In this document: positions 1 to 13,900 of the stretch, in pieces
How the letters are laid out: each line of letters begins with the position of its first letter
Numbering within the stretch: position 1 is the stretch's first letter
Source of the DNA: Octopus sinensis
Lineage: Eukaryota
Direction of reading: 5' to 3'
Assembly (NCBI RefSeq): GCF_006345805.1
Contig: NC_043001.1
Span: forward strand, 32,860,001 to 32,924,000
DNA length: 64,000 nucleotides
Notes under the pieces: model-generated
What the model saw: the letters and a program-made list of their open reading frames with translations, nothing else
Told to the model about the DNA's origin: nothing
Database searches by the model: none
Position numbers and translations under genes: made by a program

Positions 1-629
1 TATGCGTGTGTGTATAGTGTATTTATGTATACAGAGAGAAAGAGAAACAGAGAAATAGAGAGACAGACACAGAGGGACAAAGAAGAGCGTGTGGTCCTTT
101 TTTCACATTTTTTTTTCATTACCGCAAATATGCAATATGTGTTTAGATATGTGCATGGAGATATGTCTAACTGCAAGCGCACGTAAAATGTACGAATTCA
201 TGCATGTGTATGTGTGTGTGCATTCGTGTGTACTCATTGGGCGTGTACTTATAGACCGAGAAAATTTATGGTATTTTTTCCCCTTCTTCCTGACACAGAT
301 TAAATTTCTCTATATTATGATGCATGTTCTATATAACTACCTGTTCAATTCCGCACCATTAACTTATTTCTAGTGATAACGATATGGATGAGTTCCAGCA
401 CCACCACCAACATTACCATCACTACAAAGGGAACATGCACTAACGTACCACATGCGAATGGTACCATATATTTATGTGGGATGGGCAGAACAAATGCTAA
501 TGAGAGGGAGGTCTGAATAACTGTATTCTCGCTCTTCGTTATCGTCTTGTGTATTGATTGATAATATGCTCGTCGTCATCATAGTCGACATTGTCAACTT
601 GGTGAGTTTTATCAAGAGCTTTTGTCGCC

Positions 630-719
630 ATCGCCGTCTTATCATCATCATTGTCGTCGTCGTCATCATCATCATCATCGTCATCATCGTCTTCATCGTC
701 ATCAGCATCATCATTTTCG

Positions 720-760
<41 letters not shown>

Positions 761-1065
761 GTCTTCATCATCATCATCATCATCATCATCGTCTTCATCG
801 TCATCAGCATCATCAGCATCATCATTGTCATCATCATCATCATCATCATTATCACCATCACCATCATCATCATCATCATCAGTATCACCATCATCGTCAT
901 TATTACCATCATCACCATCATCATCGTCATTATCACCATCATCATCGTCTTCATCGTCATCAGCATCATCAGCATCATCATCGTCATCATCATCATCATC
1001 GTCATCATCATCGTCATCATCATCATCATCATCATCATCACCATCGTCATCATCGTCGTCATCAA
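630..1065. repeat. Imperfect (CAT/ATG)n trinucleotide microsatellite with higher-order internal duplication
   Basis: ~435 bp of CAT with CGT/CTT/CAG/CAC variants; block cgtcttcatcgtcatcagcatcat recurs near 687, 789 and 946; explains the poly-D/M/I/H/S ORFs. Confidence 0.95.
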
Positions 1066-1117
1066 AGTTCCTGATTAAGTTGATGGTAATGCAGAAGAGA
1101 CAATCTTTCCTAAGACA

Positions 1118-1654
1118 AACGCGGCATAGCCGTGTTGTGAATAAGGTACCTCTGCAACTACGTGGCTTCGGGTTCAATTCCGCTGCGCAGTACTATGGGC
1201 AAGTGTCCTCTCTAACTTCGGCCGACTAATGCCTTATCGATGAGTGTATTTCGCTGACTAACACTGCACCACATGACACCCGGTGTTGGTTTCCATCCCC
1301 ATAGTGGTTTGGAAAAGAGGCCGATAGAATGTTAAAAATAAAATACTAATGGGGGTCTACTTTTTCGATTAAACCTTCTACAGCGGTGCTCCAGCATGAC
1401 CGCAGTCCAGTGGATGAAACAAGTCAACGATAAACGATAAAAGATGAATAATATGGGCAGTCTGCATGACTAGAATAACTTTGGTCAACACAGATGGAGG
1501 AGTGGCTGTGTGGTAAGTAGCTTGCTTGCCAACCACATGGTTCTGGGTTCAGTCCCACTACGTAGCACCTTGGGCAAGAGTCTTATACTATAGCCTCGGG
1601 CCGACCAAGCCTTGTGAGTGGATTTTGTAGACGGAAACTGAAAGAAGCCCGTCG

Positions 1655-1724
<70 letters not shown>

Positions 1725-2335
1725 CGCGTGTATGTGTGTTTGTCCCCCCAACAATATTTGACAAACGATGCTGGTGTGTTTACCTCCCCATCACTTAGCG
1801 GTTCGGCAAGAGGGACCTGTAGAATAAGTACTAGGCTTACAAAGAATAAGTCCTTGGGGTCGATTTGTTCGACTAAAGGCGGTGCTCCAACATGACCGCA
1901 ATCATATGACTGAAACAAATAAAAGAATAAAAGAATAAAGAACAGATGGCGGTGTGGCTGCGTGGTAAGAAGCTTCCTTCTCACACCACATGGTTCCGGG
2001 TTCAATCCCACTATGCGGCATTTTCTATAATTGTCTTCTACTGTAATCACATGACTGATGAAAGCTTTGTGAGTGGATTTGATTGATAGAAGCTGAAAGA
2101 AGTCTATCAAATATGTGTGTGTGTGTCCGTGTTTGTCGTCCGCCCCCGCTTGACACCGGTGCTGTTTTGTTTACATCCCCGTAACTTAGTGCTTTGGCGA
2201 AAGAGAGGATAGAATAAATATCAGGCTTTAAAGAAAATATGTACCCGGGTATGACTCATGCGACTACGCATTCTTCAGAGCGTTGCTCCAGCATGACCAC
2301 ATTCTAATGAATGAAACAAGTAAAAGATGAAAGAT
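1118..2335 (+). mobile_element. Three tandem copies of tRNA-derived SINE family B (CORE-like; possibly an octopus OR-type SINE): ~1118-1447, 1496-1943, 1947-2335
   Basis: Shared head ggagtggctgtgtggtaag...ggttcagtccc (A/B-box-like), gcaccttgggcaag CORE-like motif, internal (TA)n(GT)n, tail ggcggtgctccagcatgRccgcag...tgaaac; homologous to copies at 38302 and 52629. Confidence 0.85.
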
Positions 2336-2504
2336 TCATCGATTAGAATTGACTTGAGGTTAGGCGAAAACGATGCTTCAAACTCCATAACTGTGATCGA
2401 TGACTGGCCTCACGAAGGGATGAAAGACAAAGTATCTCTCAAAGCAACTTGAACTGAACTTAGAGGGGAGACAATCGGTACATATAGGAGAAAATGTACG
2501 CATA

Positions 2505-2590
<86 letters not shown>
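2505..2590. repeat. (TCTA)n microsatellite followed by (TA)n-rich tract
   Basis: Direct reading. Confidence 0.95.
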
Positions 2591-2591
<1 letters not shown>

Positions 2592-2733
2592 ATATATATA
2601 TACATACATAAATACATACATACGCATCATACACATTTATATATTTATATATATACACGTACAGAAGTACGTAAATATAATTTATATATGTATGTGCTTT
2701 TCTGTATATGTGTATGTGCATCTTGCATATGCG

Positions 2734-2789
<56 letters not shown>

Positions 2790-2852
2790 CATATATATAT
2801 ATATATTTGTACATGTATGTTTGCATGTGAGTATATATATATATATATATAC

Positions 2853-2885
<33 letters not shown>

Positions 2886-2891
2886 CACACA

Positions 2892-2954
<63 letters not shown>

Positions 2955-3509
2955 TATATATATACATATATATGCATACGTAGGTACGTTTCTCACAACA
3001 TTAGCATTCTAAATGACACGCAATGATTTCTCCAGTTCTCCAGATTTTTTTTCTAAATTCTATAAACTTTGCTAAAATTTTATCCTTCTCAATCCCTCTA
3101 TTTACCTATCTACCTCGTTCATGTCTCTCTCACTCGCCATGTTTACTCTTGTCTTTCTCTGTCTCTTGGTCTCTCTTTCAGACCCATAAGGAATTTCATA
3201 CAAGAGATAGTTTGATGTAATTTCTACTCGCTAATATATCCCTTGAAGCACATTTATTGCTAGTACCACGATTATCAGAATCACCATATCTACCGTTACC
3301 ATATTCAGTAATATCGCTACCACCGCCACAACGAACGTATCTCATAGTCGTTCGATATCTGGAAAAGGACAAACAGTTTCCTTTCAAATTCCATCCTACA
3401 GAGTAACGAAAATGATACAATAGATAAATTAATCTATGCAGATTTTAACACTTTTGAGTACAGATTTTCCCCTTCAGATTTAACATGGGCTAAACGGCAA
3501 CAGCAAACA

Positions 3510-3810
3510 GCATAACATCTTTCATTACTTGCATAATCACGTGACCACATCGTAACCGACCAGTGTTGTTAAACATCGCTGGCCACAATGCGCTTTTGCA
3601 TTGTTTTAGCTCTCAAATGATAGCACCACGCTGACTAAGGGAGCAGGCCAACAATCCACCCCACTACCGATCGAAGAGGGACTGGGGCAATGAGAAATAA
3701 AGTGATTTGCTCAAGAAAACAACGCGCCACCCAGTCGGGGAATCGAACCCAGTCTAGCGATCGTGAGTGAAATAACCTAACCACTAAGCCACTCGCCTTC
3801 ACACTAGCGT
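3510..3810 (-). mobile_element. tRNA-derived SINE, group C/E, degenerate
   Basis: Reverse complement of head (aaccactaagcc, ggaatcgaacc) and tttgctcaaga core shared with 41253 and 56153. Confidence 0.7.
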
Positions 3811-3913
3811 AACCATCATACTTCATGCCAGCATAGCCATCGTACTTTAAGTGATGAGGTCATCTCAGCTGCTATGCGTATCCTTTCTCTCAAGGTTACT
3901 ACAAGTAACAGTA

Positions 3914-4138
3914 CCTATTTCTTTACTACCCACAAGGGGCTAAACACAGAGAGGACAAACAAGGACAGACAAACGGATTAAGTCGATTATATCGACGCCA
4001 GTGCGTAACTGGTATTTATTTAATCGACCCCGAAAGGATGAAAGGCAAAGTCGAGCTCGGCGGAATTTGAACTCAAAACGTAACGGCAGACGAAATACGG
4101 CTACGCATTTCGCCCGGCGTGCTAACGTTTCTGCCAGC
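3914..4138 (-). mobile_element. SINE family A monomer (A1 tail)
   Basis: Near-identical in reverse to 19566-19797 and 62552-62780. Confidence 0.9.
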
Positions 4139-4429
4139 CAGATCTACCATGGCCACCACCGTTAACGCCAACAAATATTTACCTCTTTCATATCTAGCAT
4201 AACCACTACCACTACTAGCAACATTCTCTGCTCCTCCATGTACGATCACCACCACCGCCACCACTGCCACCACTATTGCCACAACCACAGCCGCCACCCC
4301 TGCCGCCGTCAGCAGCATTGCACAACACTAGCATCTCCACCACCACTAATCAAGCAATCATCTTTACCCCCTCATCACCAACACCACCATCATAACTACC
4401 ACCACCACCACCACCACCACCTTAAAAAA

Positions 4430-4750
4430 AGACTCCGCCGGTTACGACGACGAGGGTCCCAGCTGATACGATCAACGGAACAGCTTGGTCGTGAAATTAA
4501 CGTGCAAATGGCTGAGCATTCCACAGACACGTGTACCCTTAACGTAGTTCTCGGGGATAATCAGCGTGTCACAGAGAGTGACAAGGCTGACCCTTTGAAA
4601 TACAAGTACAACTCATTTTTGCCAGCTGAGTGGACTGGAGCAACGTGAAATAAAGTGTCTTGCTCAAGGACACAACGCGTCGCCGGGAATCGAACTCACA
4701 ACCTTACGATCATGAGCCGAATGCCCTAACCACTAAGCCGCGCGCCTTCA
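4430..4750 (-). mobile_element. tRNA-derived SINE, group C, with distinct 3' tail
   Basis: ctcatttttgccagctgagtggactggagcaacgtgaaataaagtgtcttgctcaag core plus reverse tRNA-like head, as at 56153. Confidence 0.85.
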
Positions 4751-6019
4751 CACCACCACCACCACTACTACTACCGCTGCAGTCGCCATTAACTGCTAGT
4801 ACATCAAAACAACATTACCTCCAATACATGTACCGATCATCCCACTCACCCTCTTCCCTATCACTAGCGCCAGTCCTCGCACTGCCACCACCACCACCAC
4901 CACCACAATAAAATAACATCTACAGCTGTCACTGTAATTGCTTTTAATCTCTTATCCTTCACCTCATTCATTTTCGTTTCCCTTCTCTGTTATATTTACA
5001 TTTGTAAATACCGTATGACCTTTTGAAAATTCGGGAAATTATTGATTGATTTAAAAAAAAAAAAAATTTTTTAAAAAGTGACTATTGCATGTATCGTATC
5101 CAAGCAATTGTTAAACTACCAGAATAATAAAAGGAGCAGAAAACCAAACTTACTGTATCTAAGTTGAAAGAAACGAGTATCAGGAATATTTAATGGAATT
5201 TCATTCATGAAAATATTTGGTTCGATGGTGATGTTTATACGTGTGGAGTTGTAAATGCTACGATAGATTTCAGTCAATAAAGCAAAAACTTAAAATTACA
5301 TTTATAACAACAACAACAACAACAGCAAGAGCAACAAATAAACAATTAAAAAGATATCTTTAGTCATACGCATAACAAAATCTATAAATATGTTTCCCTC
5401 TCACAGTTTTATTAATTAAATTTAAATTTATTTTATTTTATTTATTAACAGTAAACGAAAGCTAAGTGGAGACCCGCTGTGAGACTACGTCAAAGTTAGA
5501 ACGTCTTCTACAAAGGAAATACTAGTGAGTCAATACCTCTCCCCGACTCCTCTCATTTTTTCTCTCTCTTATTCTCTCTATCTATCTCTCTCCTGTCTGT
5601 GTCACCTTTTCTGCATACCCTTAAGCCGTAAAAATACTCCCACTGAGACAGTCGCAGAATTAACAAACATGAAAACTATGAAGAAAATGTGATTACTAAT
5701 GAACAAAAAGGATCTCTCAAACAGACATAAAATGGCGGGCAACAGACAACAGGGCGAATACAATGTGTCTTAAATGTGTCTGCCTGACAGACAGAGCGCA
5801 CCACATGCAACTTTATTGGTAACTTGGTAGGTGCATGAGCAGACGAATGCAAATTCATATTATACAGTAACACACACACATGTATATATATATACACATG
5901 TATATGTGTATAATATGTAAACGCGTACATCTGCGAGTATATATATCGGAATGAAACAGTTCTAGTCCTGTAGAAGCTCCTTCTATAAATTAATATTATA
6001 TATATATATATATATATCT

Positions 6020-6073
<54 letters not shown>

Positions 6074-6118
6074 ATATATATATGTATATGTATATATGTT
6101 ATATGTATATATATATAG

Positions 6119-6153
<35 letters not shown>

Positions 6154-6170
6154 GTATATATGTATATATG

Positions 6171-6211
<41 letters not shown>

Positions 6212-6361
6212 CTATATATATATATATGCATACATACATATACACATACAATATAATATGTATAATATATATATATGTATGCATACTACATATACACGTA
6301 CAAATGTATATGTATATATATATATATGCATACATACATATACACATACAAATATATATGT

Positions 6362-6397
<36 letters not shown>

Positions 6398-6416
6398 TAG
6401 ATAGATAGATAGATAA

Positions 6417-6495
<79 letters not shown>
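6362..6495. repeat. (GATA)n microsatellite
   Basis: Direct reading. Confidence 0.95.
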
Positions 6496-6779
6496 TGTGC
6501 GTGTGTAACGTGTGTGTGTGTTTGTAAACAAGATGGTAAAATGAAAGTAATCGATACTGAGAGGTGAATTGAAAAATACATTTATTAAAGTAGAAATTTA
6601 AAGTTCCATGACTCCGTATTTTCCATAACTCAAATTCAATCAAAATCGGTAAAATTCGAAGTCAAAAACCTTAAACATTCATCCCATATCTTACAGACAC
6701 GCACGCGCGCGTGCATACACAAAAACACACGAATACATATATATACATATATATATATATATATTATATATATATATAT

Positions 6780-6844
<65 letters not shown>

Positions 6845-6845
<1 letters not shown>

Positions 6846-7035
6846 TGGGATGCGCCTAGCTTAGTGGTTAGAGTATTGGACGCATGAGGTTTCGATTCTG
6901 GACAAGCCGAGGCGTTGTCTGCTTGAACAAAACACTTAACTTCATGTTACTCCAGTTCATTTGGCTTGGCAAAAATGAGTAATCCTACGACGGACCACCG
7001 ACCTGTCCTCGTAGGCTTACAAAGAATAAGTCCTG
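6845..7035 (+). mobile_element. SINE group C head/core, degenerate
   Basis: gcttagtggttagag...ggtttcgattc...cttgaacaaaacactt...gttactccagttca...ggcaaaaatgagta. Confidence 0.75.
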
Positions 7036-7127
7036 CGTTTGATTTGTTATTATGCATGAATGCACGCACGCACACACACACACATACAACACACACACAC
7101 ACACACACACATATATATTCTATCTTT

Positions 7128-7510
7128 TATCTGCTACTTGTTACAGTCACAAGGCTGCGGTCATGCTGGGGCACCGCCTTGGAGGAATTTTTCGTCGATT
7201 GAATTGACCACAGTACTGCTTTTTTCTTGTTATTAAGGTACTTATTCTATCGATTCTACTGCCGAACTGCTAAGTTATGGGGGCGTAAACACACCAGTGC
7301 CAGTTGTCAAGCGGTTGTGGGACAAACAGTGACACAAAGTCACTCACACGCACACATATTCGACGGCTTCATTCAGTTTCCTTCTGCCAAATTCACTCGC
7401 AAGTGATATAATACAAAACACTTGCCCAAGGTACCCCGCAGTTGGACTGAACCTGGAAATATGTGGTTGGCAAGCAATCTTCTTAGCGCACAGTCGCACT
7501 TGCACCTTGC
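7128..7510 (-). mobile_element. SINE family B
   Basis: Reverse complement of B tail (gctgcggtcatgctggggcaccgcc) and head (cttgcccaagg...gaacc...accacat). Confidence 0.8.
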
Positions 7511-7595
7511 ATACATGTATGTATGTATGTATGTATGTATGTATGCATATATATATATAGATATAGATTGATAGATAGATAGATACATACATACA

Positions 7596-7626
<31 letters not shown>

Positions 7627-7695
7627 GTAATCGTCACTGTATAGATATGAGTGTGTGTGTTGTATATGTATTATATATATATATATATACATGTA

Positions 7696-7764
<69 letters not shown>

Positions 7765-9534
7765 TATATGTGTGTGGTGTGTTGTGTGGTGTGTGTGTGC
7801 ATTTGTGGCTGTGTGCCTGTGTGTATGCACGTTGTGTAGATATAAATATTAAAAAAATAGATAACGATAAAATAAAAGCTTTCAGTTAATTCATGTTAGT
7901 AGATGAGAGTTCTTTTATTTGGTAATATATCTAATACTTAATTCTCTTTCAAGTATTCTCATTTACTTTATTTATGTCCAACAATGCATGCTCGAATATT
8001 TATTAGTAAAGAAGAATGAATTCGGAAGCTGAGGTTTCCGGATATATAAGTCCCGGAAGTTCACGGCCCCAATGAGTCGGAGTGAAACGGATGTGAAATT
8101 GTGCACGTCCGATTATACATCTTGGTTTATAAAACAAAAAGCGTACAAACAAAAGAATTCTGAAAGTCATTTAACTGAATGAGCTATAACAAGCTTAGAA
8201 TAAAATTTTGTAGGATGTCTTGCGGAAAAAAGTAAGTAAAGGAAGCATTCATTGATCTACGGTATCCATGAATGCTAGGATACAAGTCTAAAGTAAATGT
8301 TATGTAAGCAAAACAAAAACTGAAGTAGTTTTTGTTGTGTCGCCATTGTTGTTTTTGGTAGTTCTATTGCCACTGCTGCTTTTTCTTATGTTGTTGTTTT
8401 TGTTTTTGTTGTTGTTGTTGTTCAGTATTATGTCAGATTGTTTTGAGACATACCTATGATCAAAAGTGTTCCAGCAATGATTAGGCCATTCCATCCATTT
8501 GCTTATAAGAGATCGTGTTTTTCCTCTGTTAAAACGATTGTATGTGATTTGAAGGAGATTTTTTATCGCTAATTTGAGCAGGTTGAACGACTCCATAGCG
8601 GTCTCCTTGGTTTGCATGAAAACGGTCTATAAAACATTAACATAATTTCTGAAGTTCGTCCAGATAACGACGTTAAAGCCAGCAAACTAAACTATCAAAC
8701 TACTGGCTTGTAAAAACACCCGTATTGTGGGATCCGAAGCGATCCTTTATTGATAACATTGACTTCCTACTTTCAGGTATAATGTGACAATGGCTACAAT
8801 AACTATTGTGCTTTTCTGTTATAAATACAATAGGGTATAATTTGAATCAAGTTTAGCAGCTATTTCGAGCAGTTCGAGGGGCCTCATAGAAGCCCTCTCA
8901 TTAGCTCTCGCATTGTAAAGAATCGTTTTCGAATACCAAGCACACAGACCATGCTAATGCTGTTATTACTGTCTTTGTAACGAGCTAGTTGCGTCTTACT
9001 GTTGACATCATATCTTTGTAGTTGTTGCATTTTGTTGTTGCTGCTCTTATTATTGTTGTTACCTTTATGTTTGCTTAGGTAGGATTAGAGGCATGTCAGC
9101 TGCAACTATCCCATATTATATTCAGATATTGTATGACTGGGGGTTTGCATTATTAAGTGTATCACTCATGCAAACTACTGAATTGCACGATCCCTTATTG
9201 CTGATTTGAAATGGGAATGATCGTTTTGAGGAAGAAGTGACTATCATTCCAAGGAGGATGAGAGACCTCAAAGGTTGATCGTCACTGTTCTTGGTATAGC
9301 TATTAGTGACATCGTCGTTTCCATTGCTTATTTCGTTACTGTTGTAGCTATTGCTGTTGTGATAGATTTATTGTCAAAGTTATTCCATCCTCGGCCACCT
9401 CATCTTTTGACATTATAAACAGAGAAACACATTAACCGTCATATCCTCCTTTTTTTTAATACGGTAATGTTTAATTTGAAGGTGATTAAATAATTATTCT
9501 TCATAGCAAGTGAATGACGCAAACATTCTATATT

Positions 9535-9800
9535 TGGCTCAGCGGTTAGAGCGTCGGGCTCACAATCATGAGGTAGTGAGTTCAAATCCCAAAGCTGGCT
9601 GTGTGTTGTGTTCTTGAGCGAGACAATTTATTTCACGTTGCTCCAGTTTACTCAGCGACGTCACTCGTGCCAAGCTGTATCGGCCTTTGTCTTTCCCTTG
9701 GTTAACATCGTGGTAAGCATGGGTGACTGCTGGTCTTCCAGACTTGTGCCTCGGAGGGGAACTTCCTAGATGCAATCCCATTTTCATTCATGATCGAAGT
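9535..9800 (+). mobile_element. tRNA-derived SINE, group E
   Basis: Homologous along its length to 30030-30340 (ttagagcgtcgggctcacaatca...gtgttgtgttcttgagc...gtgccaagct.tatcggcctttg). Confidence 0.8.
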
Positions 9801-10344
9801 GGGTTTTTACCTTTTCTATTCAAAAATGCCTTAAGTTACATGGCTTATAAAGCGCTATTCAGTCATATTTAATTAATCAATTATCTACGTTCTAGGCACC
9901 TACTCTGTTATGCATATTAGTCGAACAATTTCATTTCTGTTCGAAATTGTAAACACTATAACTAGTTATAATTACCAAATTTTCTGTCTATGAAAAAATG
10001 GGTAGACTTAGTCTGAGGAAGCTTTAAGATGGCTAGAAATCAATCATTCGATATCAGTTTTCTTTCTTAGAGAGAAAAAAAAGACCTTGATGTGATCACT
10101 TAATTTTCACATCGAAGCTACAATTGTATATTTATCAAAGGTATAGTTTAAATAACATTTTAAATTATACATGTACGAGTCAAATACTCGAAGCTATTGA
10201 ACTACGTATACTTCATGTCGACAAATGTATATCTTTGTGTATATATCGATGCAAAGATGGCTGAAACAATTTTAGATGCAGAGGAGGAAGGTAAGAAATA
10301 TGGTGAAGACGAGGAGGTGGGATGAATAATAGTAATAATGATTT

Positions 10345-10985
10345 CACATTTTGGCTTAAGGCCAAAAATTTGGGGAGAGGGGTGAGTCGATTACATTGTC
10401 CCCCAGTGTTCAACTGATATTATTTTCTTATTTCTTTATTGCCTACAAGGAGCTAAACATTGAAGGGACAAACAAGGACAGACAAAGGGATTAAATCGAC
10501 TACATCGACCCCAGTGCATAACTGGTACTTAATTTATCGACCCCGAAAGGATGAAAGGCAAAGTCGACTTCGGCGGAATTTGAACTCAGAACGTAACGGC
10601 AGACGAAATACCTATTTCTTTACTACCCACAAGGGGCTAAACATAGAGAGGACAAACAAGGACAGACAAACGGATTAAGTCGATTATATCGACCCCAGTA
10701 CGTAACTGGTACATAATTTATCGACCTCGAAAGGATGAAAGGCAAAGTCGACCTCGGCGGAATTTGAACTCAGAACGTAACGACAGACGAAATACAGCTA
10801 CGCATTTCGCCCGGCGTGCTAACGTTTCTGCCAGCTCGCCGCCTTTCAACTGATACTATATTCTATCGACCTCGAGGAGATGAAAGACAAAATCGACCTC
10901 CGGTTGAATTTGAACTCAGATCGTGAAGACACGAAATGTCGCTGAGCATTCTATCCGGCGTGTTAACGAATCTGCCAGCTCGCCC
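10345..10985 (-). mobile_element. SINE family A multimer (head-body-A1-body-A1-partial body-A2 tail) plus an adjacent degenerate copy
   Basis: Repeated ccccgaaaggatgaaaggcaaagtcgac.tcggcggaatttgaactcagaacg blocks ~185 bp apart. Confidence 0.9.
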
Positions 10986-11034
10986 CCTTACAGAATATGA
11001 ATAGTAAGAGAGTGAGAGAGAGAGAGAGAAGAAG

Positions 11035-11108
11035 AGAGGAGAAGAAGAAGAAGAAGAAGAAGAAGAAGAAGAAGAAGAAGAAGAAGAAGAAGAAGAAGAA
11101 GAAGAAGA
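11035..11108. repeat. (GAA)n microsatellite
   Basis: Direct reading. Confidence 0.95.
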
Positions 11109-11867
11109 TAAACTTAATATGAAAACGACAAAAAAAAAATGAGAATTTTAAAAAATAGATAATAACTAATTCATTATGTTCAAAAGCAATTTTCAAAATT
11201 TAATTTCGCGTCTAAATAAGCTGTTGCTATGTTAGTTATCTGCTGTCTTTGTAAGTCTTCTTATTCAAATAATGTATTTATTTTAATTTTAAATTGGAGG
11301 AAGGGACACATTCTTCTCCTTTCATTCAGTGTGTTATACAACAAAAACTGGATTAAAGTAAATCTTTATTATATTATCTGCTGAATAATACTAGTTTCCT
11401 TGCCAGAAAAAAATAAAGCTTCATGGAATACACACTAAACCTGTGACTGTCCGAATTCAAATGAAATGTTAAGATAAAACTAAACTGCTGACATAGTTCA
11501 TTATTTTTTCTTTCAGAATAAATGCTGTGTTTATGCGCATGAACATTCTAGTGTATGAAATTTAGGAATGTATGTTCCTGATATAAATTCATAGTATAAA
11601 GAGAAAAATCATCGGATATAATGTCTAGCATCGACTAAAATTCTGTAATATGAACACAATGCAACGGAAATTTTCCCACCGTGTCAGAGAAAAGAAATGA
11701 TAGTATTGCATGAAGCATTTGGCTAGGAATACAAGCCAACATTATAGTCACTTGTGACATGGCTTTCTCTAAGAATTAAAGGAAAAAGAGAAAGCCGATC
11801 TGAAATGATATTCGTTCATTATGGCAATGTTTTTCAGCAGAAATCATATGAAACATTGAGCATGTGG

Positions 11868-11909
<42 letters not shown>

Positions 11910-12474
11910 CGTTTGTGTACAGTGTATATTTGCAAGGGATTCTGCTCAAATACATTCGACAGTTCAATTCATGAGTTCAGCAATAATTTACAATACCTAA
12001 AGTGCGTATTTGGAAATAAATTACTGACAAATTACTGCTGCGCACTGACCTTAAAATGCAGAGAGCGTTAAGTATGTTTTTTTACATACACACAAAGATG
12101 GAAACAATATTAGACAGTGACTAAACATATTTCAAATGGTTCACCACGTACATAAGTCAGAGACATGTGTCGACATTGTAAGACCTCGTCAGTTGAGGTT
12201 AATCATGACGGCTTAAATAAATTAATAAACTTCTTTTAAAAATTTGAGGACAGCCGGTTTCTCAGATCCTTTTCTTTTTCTCAGTAAATGTTATATAATG
12301 ATAAATACTGACAATGGGAATTTTGAAAAAAAAACGGTTACGTAACTTAGAATGCTATGTGTTATTCCTCACTGGTATTATTATCGAACTGGGAATCTAA
12401 CTATGGTCCTCCCGTAGCACTTACATAGCCATACCTGCCATCTTGGGTCTTTTAGATACCCAAACGTCTTATAT

Positions 12475-12524
<50 letters not shown>

Positions 12525-12560
12525 CACATATATATATATTATGTATGGATATTATATATA

Positions 12561-12604
<44 letters not shown>

Positions 12605-13699
12605 GTGCATGTGTTGTGTGTGTTTGTGTGTTTCTATGTCTGTCTGTATGCAGTATATGCATCATACATACACTGTGCATACGCATTATATATGTAATTA
12701 GGAAAAAGAGCTATAAACCGTGTCGAATTCACAAAGGAAGAAGATACAGACATAATGAAATGAAAATAGTAAAACGGATTAGCATAAAATAATAAAAACA
12801 ATAGACATTATATATCTAAATGTAAATTTCAGACCGCTAAATCGTATTTCATGATGGCTGTTAAGCTAAACAGCCCTGTCATAAACTGATCAGTTTATTA
12901 ATATACATGCAGCTATAAACGGGTAGAAGAAATAACCGACTCAATGCGACAAAGCTTGATCATGCTATGAAATATTATTATATTCTATTTACTAACTGTT
13001 TCCTGTAATAAACAATATGGTCTTACTTAGACGTCACCTTTAAAGCGATTTATTGACCCGAATCACTGAGACACATTCGGGAGTTATTATTGGGGTGAAC
13101 AAATGGAACTGTACTGGTAATAGACATGCGTTCATTGATTTATTAAATAGAAGTAATGTTCTTCTAGTAATTAAAATCTGAACAAGGAACATTGGACACA
13201 CATACTGATAATGAATATTCTGATCGTGGTGTTCCACTTGTCGATCACACACTAATAGAAAAATGCTTTTCGATGCCATGGTTCAGTGAGTGATTTTAAA
13301 AAGTGTATCTAAAGATGAAATTGGGCGTGCAACTTATCACACTGCATGAAGATATTGATGCGGCTTATCAATGAAATATTAAATTATGGAACTGAATGGC
13401 GTGTTGTAGAAGATAAGGTGAGATATGGGTACGTTTGTCATATGATGTGTCAAATCATGCTGTGCGAGTGTAGTTTAAGGTGTGTCGATAGAAAGAGAAT
13501 GAGCACACAGTTAAGTTTTATATATTAAGGTATTTTCTCGTAAGACTGAGAATATCTGTCGAATACAAAACAAAAGGAAATATATAGAAATGTAACGTTA
13601 CATGTAGTAAAACTGGTTGGGCTTACCAAGATAATAGGAACAGCTATTCTACCGAACCATGTTATTTTTTTATAAGTGTTAAAATGGCAGCTATTTGGC

Positions 13700-13900
13700 C
13701 GAACCGTTAGTGCATCGGATGAAAATGTTGAACGACATTTCACCCGGCTCTTTACATTCTGAGTTCAAATTCTACAGAGGATTTTCTTTGTCTTTTTCTT
13801 TTGGGGGTCGATGAAATAAATGCCAGTTGAACACTGGGATCGATGTAATTGACTTATCTCTTCTATTGAAATTACTGGCCTTGTGCCAAAACTTGAAAGT
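13700..13900 (+). mobile_element. SINE family A, degenerate (A2 tail)
   Basis: ttctgagttcaaattc...ggggtcgatgaaataaatgccagttgaacactgggatcgat...ggccttgtgccaaaa. Confidence 0.75.

Noticed and set aside
539-1177. 212-aa Asp-rich ORF (and overlapping poly-M/I/H/S ORFs) as a real acidic protein
   Set aside because: Lies on a (GAT)n microsatellite that cannot easily acquire stops; its N-terminus overlaps a SINE remnant
12855-12900. GGCTGTT/AACAGCC hairpin plus ATAAACTGATCAGTTTAT palindrome as a hammerhead
   Set aside because: CUGANGA and GAAA cores are both absent
13170-13286. Possible plus-strand exon ending at CA|GTGAGT (EQGTLDTHTDNEYSDRGVPLVDH...)
   Set aside because: No convincing acceptor and no recognisable protein; unsupported without RNA data
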